The notes beneath the pieces were generated by a model, which searched no databases, had not been told where the DNA came from, and saw nothing but the letters and a program-made list of their open reading frames with translations. Made by a program: the position numbers and the translations under genes. Below are positions 36,923 to 46,184 of a stretch of 64,000 nt of DNA, piece after piece. Positions within the stretch are counted from its first letter, which is position 1. Each line of letters begins with the position of its first letter. The DNA comes from an uncultured Clostridia bacterium (GTDB taxonomy: Bacteria > Bacillota > Clostridia > TANB77 > CAG-465), in contig CALXJG010000003.1 of assembly GCA_944388565.1 (NCBI GenBank), positions 409-64,408 on the forward strand. Direction: 5' to 3'.

Positions 36923-37783
36923 TTAACTTTTTATCTCATTTATAATACTTTTAGTAGTACGATATCCTAAATTTGCATACATATTTATATAATTCGACTC
37001 AAACATATTACATGAAGGAATAGAAAGAGAAATATTAAAGTCAGAATTTTTCACTTCTTCTTTATTTATTTCATCTCCCATTATATCAAGACTTTTTAAT
37101 ACAACACTTAACATACAATTTTCTCTATTACTTTTGTTATTATTAAAAGTTACTCCTATTACTTTATCAGCACCTAAAGCTTTTAATATTGAAACTGGTG
37201 TATTTAATCTAACTCCTCCATCGACTAAATTATACCCTTTATATCTTTTAGGTGAAAATATAGCTGGATAACTACAACTTGCCATTACAATTGAAGATAT
37301 ATTTCCTGAATATTCATAATTAACATTATTAAAACATTTTAAATCAGGATCTATTTTTATTACTTCTCTATTAGTAAAATAAATTATCTTACCACTGTTT
37401 ATATCTACTGTTGGTATAGCAAGTGGTATTTTTATTTGATTTATATTATATATTTTTTTCATTCCACAAGTATGTCTTATTACCATTTCTATATTTTCCC
37501 CATTTGCAAGAGATACATCTCTACTAATTGTATTATAAAAGTTAGTAACAAGTCTCATCAATACTTTTTTATCAAAACTAATTATTTGTTTGCAATACAT
37601 GTTAAATAAAGTTAGAATACTGTTTGGACTATAGCCAGCCGCATATAATGTTGCTACTATACTTCCACTACTTGTTCCAGATATGTAATCAACTTTTATA
37701 TTTTCTTCTTCTAAAGCTTGTAATACACCTATATGTGCAGCTCCTTTTACAAATCCACCACTAAGTGCAAGACCAATGGACAT
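36923..37783 (-). CDS. Patatin-like phospholipase
   Basis: SGGFVKGAAHIGVL, the GTSSGS nucleophile elbow, and the DGG catalytic Asp motif. Confidence 0.85.
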   Translation of the reverse strand: MSIGLALSGGFVKGAAHIGVLQALEEENIKVDYISGTSSGSIVATLYAAGYSPNSILTLFNMYCKQIISFDKKVLMRLVTNFYNTISRDVSLANGENIEMVIRHTCGMKKIYNINQIKIPLAIPTVDINSGKIIYFTNREVIKIDPDLKCFNNVNYEYSGNISSIVMASCSYPAIFSPKRYKGYNLVDGGVRLNTPVSILKALGADKVIGVTFNNNKSNRENCMLSVVLKSLDIMGDEINKEEVKNSDFNISLSIPSCNMFESNYINMYANLGYRTTKSIINEIKS

Positions 37784-37944
37784 AGTACACCTCCAAAATT
37801 ATATTAGTGTATTATATGTATAAAGTAGGATATATGTGTTTTGTAAGTATATAATGTTTTCTTTAATTATGTAAATACACTAAAATATAACTTTTTTCAT
37901 TTAATATATTAAATAAAAAATATTTCTTGAAAGGAGGCAATGAC

Positions 37945-38511
37945 TTGATAAATCTAATAAGTGCTTTTTTATTTAGTTTTTCAGCAAATCTAGATAATAT
38001 AGCAATTGGAGTTTCATATGGTGTAAAAAATATACATATAACTATATGCAAAAATATAATTATATCCTTTTTTACTAGTATTTTTACTTTTTTCTCTATG
38101 TTTCTAGGTAATTATTTTGCAATGTTTTTATCAGAAAATTTAGCAAATAAAATTGGAGCTACTTTATTAATAATTATAGGAACATATTCGCTATTTAAAG
38201 AAGTTATAAAAAGAAAAAAAACAATTAATAATTTAGATAATAAAAATAGTAGTATTAAATTTATTGGATTAAAAGAAACTGTAAGTTTAATACTTATTCT
38301 TTCTATAAACAATATAGCTGCAGGGGTTGCTGCAAGTGTTGCTGGTATTAATATTATATTTACTTTTATTTTTACATTTATATTTAGTTTTTTGTTTTTA
38401 GTACTTGGAAATAGAATTGGAAAAAAAGCAATTAGTAATAATTTTATAGAAAAATATTCAAATATAATATCATCTTTAGTATTAATATTTATTGGTTTAA
38501 TTGAAATATAA
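37945..38511 (+). CDS. ytaF: Sporulation membrane protein YtaF / MntP-like
   Basis: Multi-TM protein with a SANLDNIAIGVSYG motif. TTG start at 37945, 7 nt after GAAAGGAGG. Confidence 0.65.
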   Translation: MINLISAFLFSFSANLDNIAIGVSYGVKNIHITICKNIIISFFTSIFTFFSMFLGNYFAMFLSENLANKIGATLLIIIGTYSLFKEVIKRKKTINNLDNKNSSIKFIGLKETVSLILILSINNIAAGVAASVAGINIIFTFIFTFIFSFLFLVLGNRIGKKAISNNFIEKYSNIISSLVLIFIGLIEI

Positions 38512-38582
38512 TATCCTGTAAACTCTTTTTTGAATATAACATGATGTAAAATCATATAATTTTTAAAGGAGAGTGATAAATT

Positions 38583-39827
38583 ATGAACCCATTTGACTTA
38601 AAACCAATGAAAATTGATGACAGTATAATGAACTGGAAGGAAATGTATCCTTGTTCATATAATAAATGTGATGTAAACCCATATACTAAAACTCGTATTA
38701 TTCTTATGAATGGAACTGAGTTTGAGGCTAACTCATTCTCACATCAATTTTCCAGACATTGTAATGATAATGACCTTCGTAGAGAAATAGCTTTAACAAG
38801 AAGAATTGAACAACAACAACAAAAAAAGATACAAGATTTAAAACCAATAAATGAAAATATACTTGAAACTACCATATCTTATGAACAACTTGCAGTTGAT
38901 TTAACAGCAAGACTGGCACAAAATGAGCCAGATGAATATGTAAAAAAGTCTCTAGATTTTGCATTACTTGAAGATTTTGATCATTTATATAGATACAGTG
39001 ATTTACTCGAAATGGAATATAAAATATTACCAGAAAAATTAGTTGGTAGATATACTGAAATAATGCCTGGAAGACCTACTATTTCACATCATAGACATCC
39101 TTTCGATTCAATAAGAAGGCATATAAATAAAGATGCATCACTTATAACAAAACTTAATATAAATATAATAACTGCTGCAGAACAACAAACAATGAACTAT
39201 TATATGAATATTGGAGGGTTTTATACTTCTGATCTTGGAAGAAGATTATATCAAGAAATCGGAATGGTTGAAGAAGAACATGTTTCTCAATATGAAAGTT
39301 TAAAAAATACTAATGAAACTTGGTTAGAAAGATTATTAATGCATGAATATACTGAATGTTACCTATATTATTCTTGTCTTAATGATGAAACTGATCCATA
39401 TATAAAAAAGATATGGGAAATGTTTTTTGAATTTGAAGTAGCACATCTTCATAAAGCATGTGAACTTTTAAATAAGTATGAAAATAAAGAGTGGCAAGAA
39501 GTTATACCAAATGGAGAATTTCCAAAACTTCTTTTGCTTGGCCCAAATATAGAATATGTTCGTAATATATTAAAAAATACTGTTAATTGTACTGCTGTAA
39601 GAGAAGAATATGCTTCAGTTAATGAATTACCAATGGATTTTGATTTCTTTAAATATCAAGAAATTGTTAATAATAATGTTTGCTGTGTTCCTTCACATAA
39701 TGTAATTGAACAATATATTTGTAAAAATGGTATAGATTATAGATTTGAAGTAGCACCAAACCCTATAATTAAGTTACAAGATCGTATGTGTGATAATGTA
39801 TGTGTAGGAAGAGAACCACTTTGCTAA
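38583..39827 (+). CDS. Hypothetical protein, possibly ferritin-like / di-iron four-helix-bundle superfamily
   Basis: 414 aa. Spaced E...ExxH-like motifs (LLEDFDH, AAEQQT, VEEEHVSQYE), with Cys-rich N- and C-termini. Confidence 0.35.
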   Translation: MNPFDLKPMKIDDSIMNWKEMYPCSYNKCDVNPYTKTRIILMNGTEFEANSFSHQFSRHCNDNDLRREIALTRRIEQQQQKKIQDLKPINENILETTISYEQLAVDLTARLAQNEPDEYVKKSLDFALLEDFDHLYRYSDLLEMEYKILPEKLVGRYTEIMPGRPTISHHRHPFDSIRRHINKDASLITKLNINIITAAEQQTMNYYMNIGGFYTSDLGRRLYQEIGMVEEEHVSQYESLKNTNETWLERLLMHEYTECYLYYSCLNDETDPYIKKIWEMFFEFEVAHLHKACELLNKYENKEWQEVIPNGEFPKLLLLGPNIEYVRNILKNTVNCTAVREEYASVNELPMDFDFFKYQEIVNNNVCCVPSHNVIEQYICKNGIDYRFEVAPNPIIKLQDRMCDNVCVGREPLC

Positions 39828-39859
39828 ATGCTAAAAGGTAAGCTTTTTAGGCTTACCTT

Positions 39860-40294
39860 TTAATTATTTACAAGAAAACTTATTTCATATATAAAAAATA
39901 ATATAAATACAATCACATGTATAACTATATCAAATATTATTATTCTTTTTAAGTTTTTTATATTATTTCTTTTAATTTTAATTATTAAGAATATTCTAAA
40001 TAAAAATTCAAATATAACAAATAAAATCATATATCCAAAAGGACAAAGAATATATGATGGATCTTCAAATACTTGTTTTATATTTGCAATATACCTTGTT
40101 CCACCACAAAGAGGACAATCCTTACCTGTTACTTTTTTATATACACATGTTGTAAGTATTGGAGAAATATGCGACATTAATTTTGCAAAAATAGGGAAAA
40201 AAATTACATATATTGACAATAACAACATAGTTATATTTAAATACATGTAATTTTTAATATTTCTTTTTTTACTAATCAATATTATATATTCCAA
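39860..40294 (-). CDS. DUF2752-like membrane protein
   Basis: The GKDCPLCGGTR motif followed by TM helices. The start codon is uncertain. Confidence 0.55.
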   Translation of the reverse strand: MEYIILISKKRNIKNYMYLNITMLLLSIYVIFFPIFAKLMSHISPILTTCVYKKVTGKDCPLCGGTRYIANIKQVFEDPSYILCPFGYMILFVIFEFLFRIFLIIKIKRNNIKNLKRIIIFDIVIHVIVFILFFIYEISFLVNN

Positions 40295-40590
40295 TCATAA
40301 TCTTCCATATTGTCTTGTAATTGATTATTTATTTCTTGTTGTAATGTTTGATCACTAAAAGCTACTCCAAAAACGAATAACCAGAAAGTAATTATGATAA
40401 GAGAAATTGCTGTTAAAACAGTTCCTGCAATAGCCATCCCTCTTGGTTCTTTCTTTTTAGTTTTTAAGACAATATCTACAATACCAAGAATTAATCCTAT
40501 TATAGCTGGAAAATATGCTATCGCTCCACATAATGGAATAAAACCAACTATTATAGAAATGATTCCTAAAATTAATGCTGCAACTCCCAT
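40282..40590 (-). CDS. DUF4190-like small membrane protein
   Basis: 102 aa. GVAALILGIISIIVGFIPLCGAIAYFPAIIGLILGIV. Confidence 0.55.
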   Translation of the reverse strand: MGVAALILGIISIIVGFIPLCGAIAYFPAIIGLILGIVDIVLKTKKKEPRGMAIAGTVLTAISLIIITFWLFVFGVAFSDQTLQQEINNQLQDNMEDYDWNI

Positions 40591-40695
40591 ACAAAACTCC
40601 TCCTTACATACTTATATTATATACTATACAAATAATAATGTCAATTACAAATAACATTATTTTTGCTATAGAAATTAAAATTTTACAAAAATTAA

Positions 40696-41136
40696 TTAAG
40701 GTATATACTCTTTACATTTTTCTTCTAAAAGTTTAAAATTACAGCATCTTATTTTTATGTTCTTTGGTAATTTATCATTAATATAAAGATTATATAATTT
40801 AAAAGATTTACTTTTTATTTGTCTATAATGGGCATTTAACCAATCTAATTGTTCAATTAACATTTTTTGATATTTTTGTTCTGATTCATTAAAAGCTGGT
40901 TTATTTAAATTTACTATAGCATAATTATTTTCTCTAACTGGTATCATATTATTAAAGTTTACTGCGCCTAACTCTCCATCTTTTATTTTAAGAAAGTCTA
41001 TAGTAGCTTTCATAGTTTTATGTTTTGGTTTTGGACTAGATAAAGGTGCAAAATATTCACAGTTTTCAATTTTAAATAATATACCAATAAATGGTCTTAA
41101 TTCTTTTTTATTTTTATACATATAATAAAAACACAT
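40696..41136 (-). CDS. toxN: Type III toxin-antitoxin system ToxN/AbiQ-family endoribonuclease toxin (short N-terminus)
   Basis: 146 aa. RPFIGILFKIENCEYFAPLSSPKPKHK and LGAVNFNNMIPV are motifs I recognise from ToxN/AbiQ. It is preceded by a repeat array and a terminator. Confidence 0.8.
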   Translation of the reverse strand: MCFYYMYKNKKELRPFIGILFKIENCEYFAPLSSPKPKHKTMKATIDFLKIKDGELGAVNFNNMIPVRENNYAIVNLNKPAFNESEQKYQKMLIEQLDWLNAHYRQIKSKSFKLYNLYINDKLPKNIKIRCCNFKLLEEKCKEYIP

Positions 41137-41165
41137 AAAGATTAGAGGTTATTCCCCTAATCTTT
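41137..41165 (-). terminator. Hairpin between the antitoxin repeats and the toxin start
   Basis: aaagattagagg-ttatt-cccctaatcttt. On the minus strand its end abuts the toxin ATG. Confidence 0.7.
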
Positions 41166-41168
41166 ATC

Positions 41169-41275
41169 TTTTTTAAGTTCCAATTTATGGCTGGATACAC
41201 CGCTTTTTTTAAGTCCCAATTTATGGCTGGATACACCGCTTTTTTTAAGTCCCAATTTATGGCTGGGTTCACCAC
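41169..41275 (-). ncRNA. toxI: ToxI-like type III antitoxin RNA: three tandem 36-nt repeats
   Basis: Units are 41169-41203 (35 nt), 41204-41239 and 41240-41275. The transcribed-sense unit is GCGGTGTATCCAGCCATAAATTGGGACTTAAAAAAA. Confidence 0.75.
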
Positions 41276-41345
41276 TTTTTTCTACTATTAAGTAGTAATA
41301 ATATTATATGTAATAAAATTTATAAATACTACTATTTATAGTAAT

Positions 41346-41373
41346 ATTATATCATATTCTTTATTTTTTTCAA
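41346..41373 (-). promoter_or_regulatory. Putative sigma-A promoter of the type III TA locus
   Basis: Minus strand reads TTGAAA, 16 nt, TATAAT, with a TG extended -10. It lies ~65 nt upstream of the repeats. Confidence 0.5.
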
Positions 41374-41408
41374 TCGCTTTTATAAGATTTTATGTTTTCT
41401 AGTATATA

Positions 41409-42329
41409 TTACTCCTGCTCCATAAGAACTGGTATTATTTGTTTCTTACGTGAAACAACTCCTTTTAAGAAAGCAGTATTATTTTCTAATTTAACATTAT
41501 ATGCAGACTCTGTTATGTATGCTTTTTTACCTAATACTATAGCTTGTGAATTGCTATTTATTATATCAGTTATTGCAAAAAAGAATATATCTAAATTCTT
41601 TTCTTCAATTACTTTTTTCATTTCTTCTTCTATTTTATCTTTTCTTTTCATCATATCTTCTATAGATGCTGTATTTACTTGAGCTATTATAGCTTTTGAA
41701 TTTTTTAGCATAACTTCTTTTGCATCTAAGTTAATTAATTCTAATTCAGTTAAATCAGATAAGTCTGTTCCAGCTTTTAACATTTCTAATCCATATTTTT
41801 CCACATCAATATTTGCGATACTTGCTAAATCTTTAGCAGCTAATTTATCATCTTCTGTGCAAGTTGGTGATTTAAATAATAATGTATCAGAAATTATAGC
41901 ACTAAGCATTAATATAGCTTCTTTTCTTTCTATTTGCATATTATTTCTTTTAAATTCTTTATATAATATAGTTGATGTACAACCAACTGGTTCTGCTAAA
42001 TAATATAATGGTTCTGCTGTCTTAAATTCACAAATTCTATGATGGTCTACTACCTTTTTTATTTTTGCATTTTCTATATTATTAACACTTTGTGTAAATT
42101 CATTATGGTCTACTAATATAACTTCTTGTTCATCATCTATACTTTCTATATATCTAGGTTCTTCTATATTAAGATAATTTAATACATATTTTGTTTCTTT
42201 GTTTATATTTCCAAGTCTTACTGCTTCTACATCTAACCCATTATTTTTTTCAAATTTTTCTTTTACTAAAGCTGAACATATACTATCTGTATCAGGATTT
42301 TTATGTCCAAAAACTAATATTTTACTCAT
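41409..42329 (-). CDS. ppaC: Manganese-dependent inorganic pyrophosphatase (family II, DHH)
   Basis: 306 aa with FGHKNPDTDS, VDHH and DHHR motifs. Confidence 0.9.
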   Translation of the reverse strand: MSKILVFGHKNPDTDSICSALVKEKFEKNNGLDVEAVRLGNINKETKYVLNYLNIEEPRYIESIDDEQEVILVDHNEFTQSVNNIENAKIKKVVDHHRICEFKTAEPLYYLAEPVGCTSTILYKEFKRNNMQIERKEAILMLSAIISDTLLFKSPTCTEDDKLAAKDLASIANIDVEKYGLEMLKAGTDLSDLTELELINLDAKEVMLKNSKAIIAQVNTASIEDMMKRKDKIEEEMKKVIEEKNLDIFFFAITDIINSNSQAIVLGKKAYITESAYNVKLENNTAFLKGVVSRKKQIIPVLMEQE

Positions 42330-42345
42330 ATTTAATTCTCCCCTT

Positions 42346-42948
42346 CTATTTAAATTTTTGCTCTTGCTTTGTAAGTATTCTATATATACTACTTCTATGT
42401 TTAAACATTACAATAGCTTCTGCAATTAAAACAGCAACTATATAATCATAACGGTTTACAAAAGAAATAATTAAGTATAATATGGAACCTGCTAGTGTCC
42501 CCATTGATACTGTCTTAGTAAATAATAGTACAAGTAAACCTGCAATTATACATATAACAGCATTTGTTGGATCAAATATAGCTACTGTAGTTATCCCTAC
42601 TATAACACCTTTTCCACCTCTAAATCCATAATATATTGGAAAACAATGTCCAATAATAGAAGCCAATATAAATATTGTTTTAAAAGTTGTATCCACACTA
42701 TTACCAAATAATTTTGATATCAAAAGCATTATAAAAAAGCTTACAAAAACTTTTACTTCATCAAGTATAATTACTAATATACCTAGTGGTGTACCTAATA
42801 CTCTCATAGCATTAGCAGTACCAGCATTGCCACTACCAAGCTTTCTTATATCTTCTCCTGTTTTTCTTTTACATATTTCTATAGCTGGATTTATACTACA
42901 TATAAAATATACAATAAGAAATGTTAAAACTGTATATAAATTAATCAT
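42346..42948 (-). CDS. plsY: Glycerol-3-phosphate acyltransferase PlsY
   Basis: GSGNAGTANAMR and GGKG motifs in a multi-TM protein. Confidence 0.88.
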   Translation of the reverse strand: MINLYTVLTFLIVYFICSINPAIEICKRKTGEDIRKLGSGNAGTANAMRVLGTPLGILVIILDEVKVFVSFFIMLLISKLFGNSVDTTFKTIFILASIIGHCFPIYYGFRGGKGVIVGITTVAIFDPTNAVICIIAGLLVLLFTKTVSMGTLAGSILYLIISFVNRYDYIVAVLIAEAIVMFKHRSSIYRILTKQEQKFK

Positions 42949-42953
42949 ATACT

Positions 42954-44279
42954 CTACTCCTTTTCACCTTTTTCTCTTATTATCATATGTATTGGAGTAC
43001 CAATAAATCCAAATTGTTTTCTTAAATGATTCTCTATATATCTAACATATGAAAAATGCATTAGTGGCTTTGAATTAACAAATATTACAAAAGTAGGTGG
43101 TCGTATACTTACCTGTGTCATATAATATATTTTTAATCTTCTACCTTTATCTGATGGTGGTTGTGTTATTGCTATAGCCTCAGATAAAGTATCATTTAAT
43201 AAGCCTGTAGGTACTCTTAAAGCATTTTGCTCATTTACCTTATTTATCATTTCAAATATATTATTTACTCTTTGCCCTGTCATTGCAGATATAAATATTA
43301 TAGGTGCATATGAAAGATAAGCTAGTTTTTCATATACTTTCTTTTTATATACTGCCATTGTATTTGTTTCTTTTTCAACCAAGTCCCATTTATTTATAAC
43401 TATAATAACACCTTTTCCTGCCTCATGTGCAAGACCAGCAATTTTTTCATCTTGTTCTGTTACACCCTCTGTTGCATCTATCATAATTAAACATACATCA
43501 GCTTTTTCTATGGCGTTCATTGCTTTTAAAACAGAATACTTTTCTAGAGTATCATATACTTTATTTTTTCTTCTAATTCCAGCCGTATCAACAAAAATAT
43601 ATTTTCCATACTTATTCTTAAAGCTAGTGTCAATAGAATCCCTCGTTGTTCCAGCTATGTCTGATACTATAACTCTGTCTTCGCCCAATATTTTGTTAAT
43701 TAAAGAAGACTTACCAGCATTTGGCTTACCTATTATAGCAACTCTAATAGTTTCTTCATCTTCTATTTCATTTTCTACATTATCAAATTTATAGTAAATT
43801 TCATCTAGAAGTTCACCTATTCCAAGTTTTCCATTCGCTGATATAGGAATTGGATCACCAAGTCCTAAATTATAAAACTCATATAGTTCCATAGGCGGTT
43901 TACCTACTCTGTCACATTTATTACATACAAGTATAACTGGCTTTTTAGTTTTTCTTAACATTTCCGCTACTGCAAGATCAGATTGTGTAACACCTGCTTT
44001 TACATCTGTTATAAATACTATAACATCTGCTATATCCATAGCAAGCATAGCCTGTCTTCTCATCTGTTTTAAAATAATATCATCTGATTCTAGCTCTATT
44101 CCACCAGTATCAATTATTTGAAAAGTAGTACCTCTCCATGTACAATCTGCATAAACTCTATCCCTAGTAACGCCTGGTACATCTTTTATAATAGATATTT
44201 TCTCACCTGCAAATACGTTAAATAATGTAGATTTACCAACATTAGGTCTACCAACAATTGCTACAACTTTCTTTGCCAA
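42954..44279 (-). CDS. der: Ribosome biogenesis GTPase Der (EngA)
   Basis: Two G domains (GRPNVGKST and GKPNAGKSS) plus a KH-like C-terminus. Confidence 0.92.
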   Translation of the reverse strand: MAKKVVAIVGRPNVGKSTLFNVFAGEKISIIKDVPGVTRDRVYADCTWRGTTFQIIDTGGIELESDDIILKQMRRQAMLAMDIADVIVFITDVKAGVTQSDLAVAEMLRKTKKPVILVCNKCDRVGKPPMELYEFYNLGLGDPIPISANGKLGIGELLDEIYYKFDNVENEIEDEETIRVAIIGKPNAGKSSLINKILGEDRVIVSDIAGTTRDSIDTSFKNKYGKYIFVDTAGIRRKNKVYDTLEKYSVLKAMNAIEKADVCLIMIDATEGVTEQDEKIAGLAHEAGKGVIIVINKWDLVEKETNTMAVYKKKVYEKLAYLSYAPIIFISAMTGQRVNNIFEMINKVNEQNALRVPTGLLNDTLSEAIAITQPPSDKGRRLKIYYMTQVSIRPPTFVIFVNSKPLMHFSYVRYIENHLRKQFGFIGTPIHMIIREKGEKE

Positions 44280-44355
44280 TCCTATCGCCTCCTTATGTAT
44301 AGAAAAATAGCTTTATATATTTTAACATTTTTTACTAGATTTGTCAAAATAGTAC

Positions 44356-45423
44356 TTATACTATCTTTCCACCACCAATTACTATATCATCATCATAAAA
44401 TACAATTGCTTGACCTGGTGTTATAGCCATTTGTGGTTCATCAAATATTACTTTTAATAAATCATTTTTTCCTTCTACACTATATACTGTTGCACTAGCC
44501 TCTTTAGCAGCGTATCTTATCTTTGCTTTTACATTAATGCTATTTGTTATATTATCAATTGCAAGTAAATTTAAATCATTAACAAAAGCTTCTTTAGAAT
44601 AAGTATTTTCTTTTTGACCAACTATTACTTGATTATACTTTTTATCTAACTTAATAACATATAGAGGTTTATCATTTTGTATCCCAAGTCCTTTTCTTTG
44701 ACCTATAGTATAATTAATTAATCCCTTATGTTGTCCCCTAACATTTCCTGAAATATCTACAATATTTCCAGGTTTTATGCAATTTTTACTTTCTATATCA
44801 TTTACATTTTCCTTTAAAAAATTTGAATAATCATTATCTGGTATAAAACATATCTCTTGACTATCTGGCTTATTTGCGACAATAAGTCCATTTTTTATAG
44901 CGATATTTCGTATATCATCCTTACTTTCAAAAGATTGCAATGGAAATATTATATGCTCTATTATTTCTTTAGGAATATTGTATAAAACATATGATTGATC
45001 CTTTTTTATTGAATCTGATTTTTTTATTACATACCTTTTATATTTTTCACTATAGCAAGTCTTAGCATAATGCCCTGTAGCAATATAATATGCTCCAAGT
45101 TCCTTTGCTTTTTCCCACATCATTCCAAACTTTAAATATCTATTGCATTCAATACATGGATTTGGAGTTTTAGCGTCTAAATATTTATTAATAAAGTCAT
45201 CTATTACATATTTTTTAAACTCCTCTTTGTAATTTACAACGTGATGTTCTATCCCAAGTTTATCACATACTTTCTTTGCATCTTCTACTGTCTTGTTATC
45301 ATCACACCAAAGTTGCATTGTAATTCCTATTACCTCATATCCTTTTTCTTTAAGTAATAAGGCTGAAACAGAGCTATCAACACCGCCACTCATACCAAGT
45401 AATACTTTCTTTTTATCCAACAT
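44356..45423 (-). CDS. mnmA: tRNA-specific 2-thiouridylase MnmA
   Basis: GMSGGVDSSV PP-loop, the NPCIECN motif and DQSY. Confidence 0.9.
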   Translation of the reverse strand: MLDKKKVLLGMSGGVDSSVSALLLKEKGYEVIGITMQLWCDDNKTVEDAKKVCDKLGIEHHVVNYKEEFKKYVIDDFINKYLDAKTPNPCIECNRYLKFGMMWEKAKELGAYYIATGHYAKTCYSEKYKRYVIKKSDSIKKDQSYVLYNIPKEIIEHIIFPLQSFESKDDIRNIAIKNGLIVANKPDSQEICFIPDNDYSNFLKENVNDIESKNCIKPGNIVDISGNVRGQHKGLINYTIGQRKGLGIQNDKPLYVIKLDKKYNQVIVGQKENTYSKEAFVNDLNLLAIDNITNSINVKAKIRYAAKEASATVYSVEGKNDLLKVIFDEPQMAITPGQAIVFYDDDIVIGGGKIV

Positions 45424-45431
45424 ATCTTCTC

Positions 45432-45899
45432 CTATTTTTCATTTTTTATTGTATATTTATATTTTACTTTAGCTTTTACACAATTTTTACATTTTTGACT
45501 ATCAGGATTATACTCACAATCTAATTTATCTACATCAATTATTGTCTTTATATAGTCTTCAAACTTTTTAATAGTGTCTTCAGATATAGCATATTTCATA
45601 GTACTTGCTTCTTTATCAGCAACTTCTTCTTTTACTTCTAAAACCTGTACTAAAAAAGCTTTTAATATTTCATGTCTTTTTACAATTTGTTTTGCTTTTT
45701 CAATTCCTTTTTTAGTTAAAAGTATATCGCCATAACTTTCATATTTAATTAGTCCTTCTTCTTTTAAAATTTTTATAGCTCTATTAACACTTGGCTTACT
45801 ACATGAAAGCTCTTTAGCAATATCAGTTACTCTTGCTGACGAAGTTTTTGCTATTAATGTATATATTGTTTTTAAATATTCTTCTAAAGTAGCACTCAT
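45432..45899 (-). CDS. DtxR/MntR-family metal-dependent transcriptional regulator
   Basis: LEEYLKTIYTL...ARVTDIAKELSCSKPSVNRAIKILKEEGLI. Confidence 0.8.
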   Translation of the reverse strand: MSATLEEYLKTIYTLIAKTSSARVTDIAKELSCSKPSVNRAIKILKEEGLIKYESYGDILLTKKGIEKAKQIVKRHEILKAFLVQVLEVKEEVADKEASTMKYAISEDTIKKFEDYIKTIIDVDKLDCEYNPDSQKCKNCVKAKVKYKYTIKNEK

Positions 45900-45915
45900 A
45901 AAGACTCCTCCACTT

Positions 45916-46173
45916 TTATTTATTCTTACTTTTCTTTTTCTTTTCTTCTTTACTTATGTAATTTGCAGACTTAATTGCCTCTCTATCTTCTTTTGTTAAT
46001 TTGATATTTTGATTGTTATATTTATTACTAATTAAATAAAAGATGATAGTAATAACAAGCATAATTGTACATATTACCATATCTTTTTTGGTTTCAATTG
46101 CAAATAGTGCAGTAAATAAAGTCATAATAGCAAGAATTAAAGTTAAATAATTGAATGCTTTTTGCTTTAACAT
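45916..46173 (-). CDS. Hypothetical small membrane protein
   Basis: 85 aa with two hydrophobic helices and a Lys-rich tail. Confidence 0.45.
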   Translation of the reverse strand: MLKQKAFNYLTLILAIMTLFTALFAIETKKDMVICTIMLVITIIFYLISNKYNNQNIKLTKEDREAIKSANYISKEEKKKKSKNK

Positions 46174-46184
46174 TAAAATCCCTC

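Noticed and set aside
37784-37944. Expected yybP-ykoY (Mn) riboswitch upstream of the MntP/YtaF-like gene.
   Set aside because: The leader lacks the conserved GC-containing helices. It is only AT-rich sequence with a strong RBS.
38112-38555. 147-aa minus-strand ORF antisense to ytaF. The same applies to other antisense track ORFs (2244-2453, 34546-35067, 43510-43794, 58604-59122, 24686-25006 and others).
   Set aside because: Each lies fully inside a stronger, motif-supported gene on the opposite strand.
41169-41275. The 36-nt repeats (and the 40-nt repeats at 56161-56256) as a CRISPR array.
   Set aside because: The units are directly contiguous with no spacers, and no cas genes are present. 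The 36-nt array fits a type III antitoxin layout instead.
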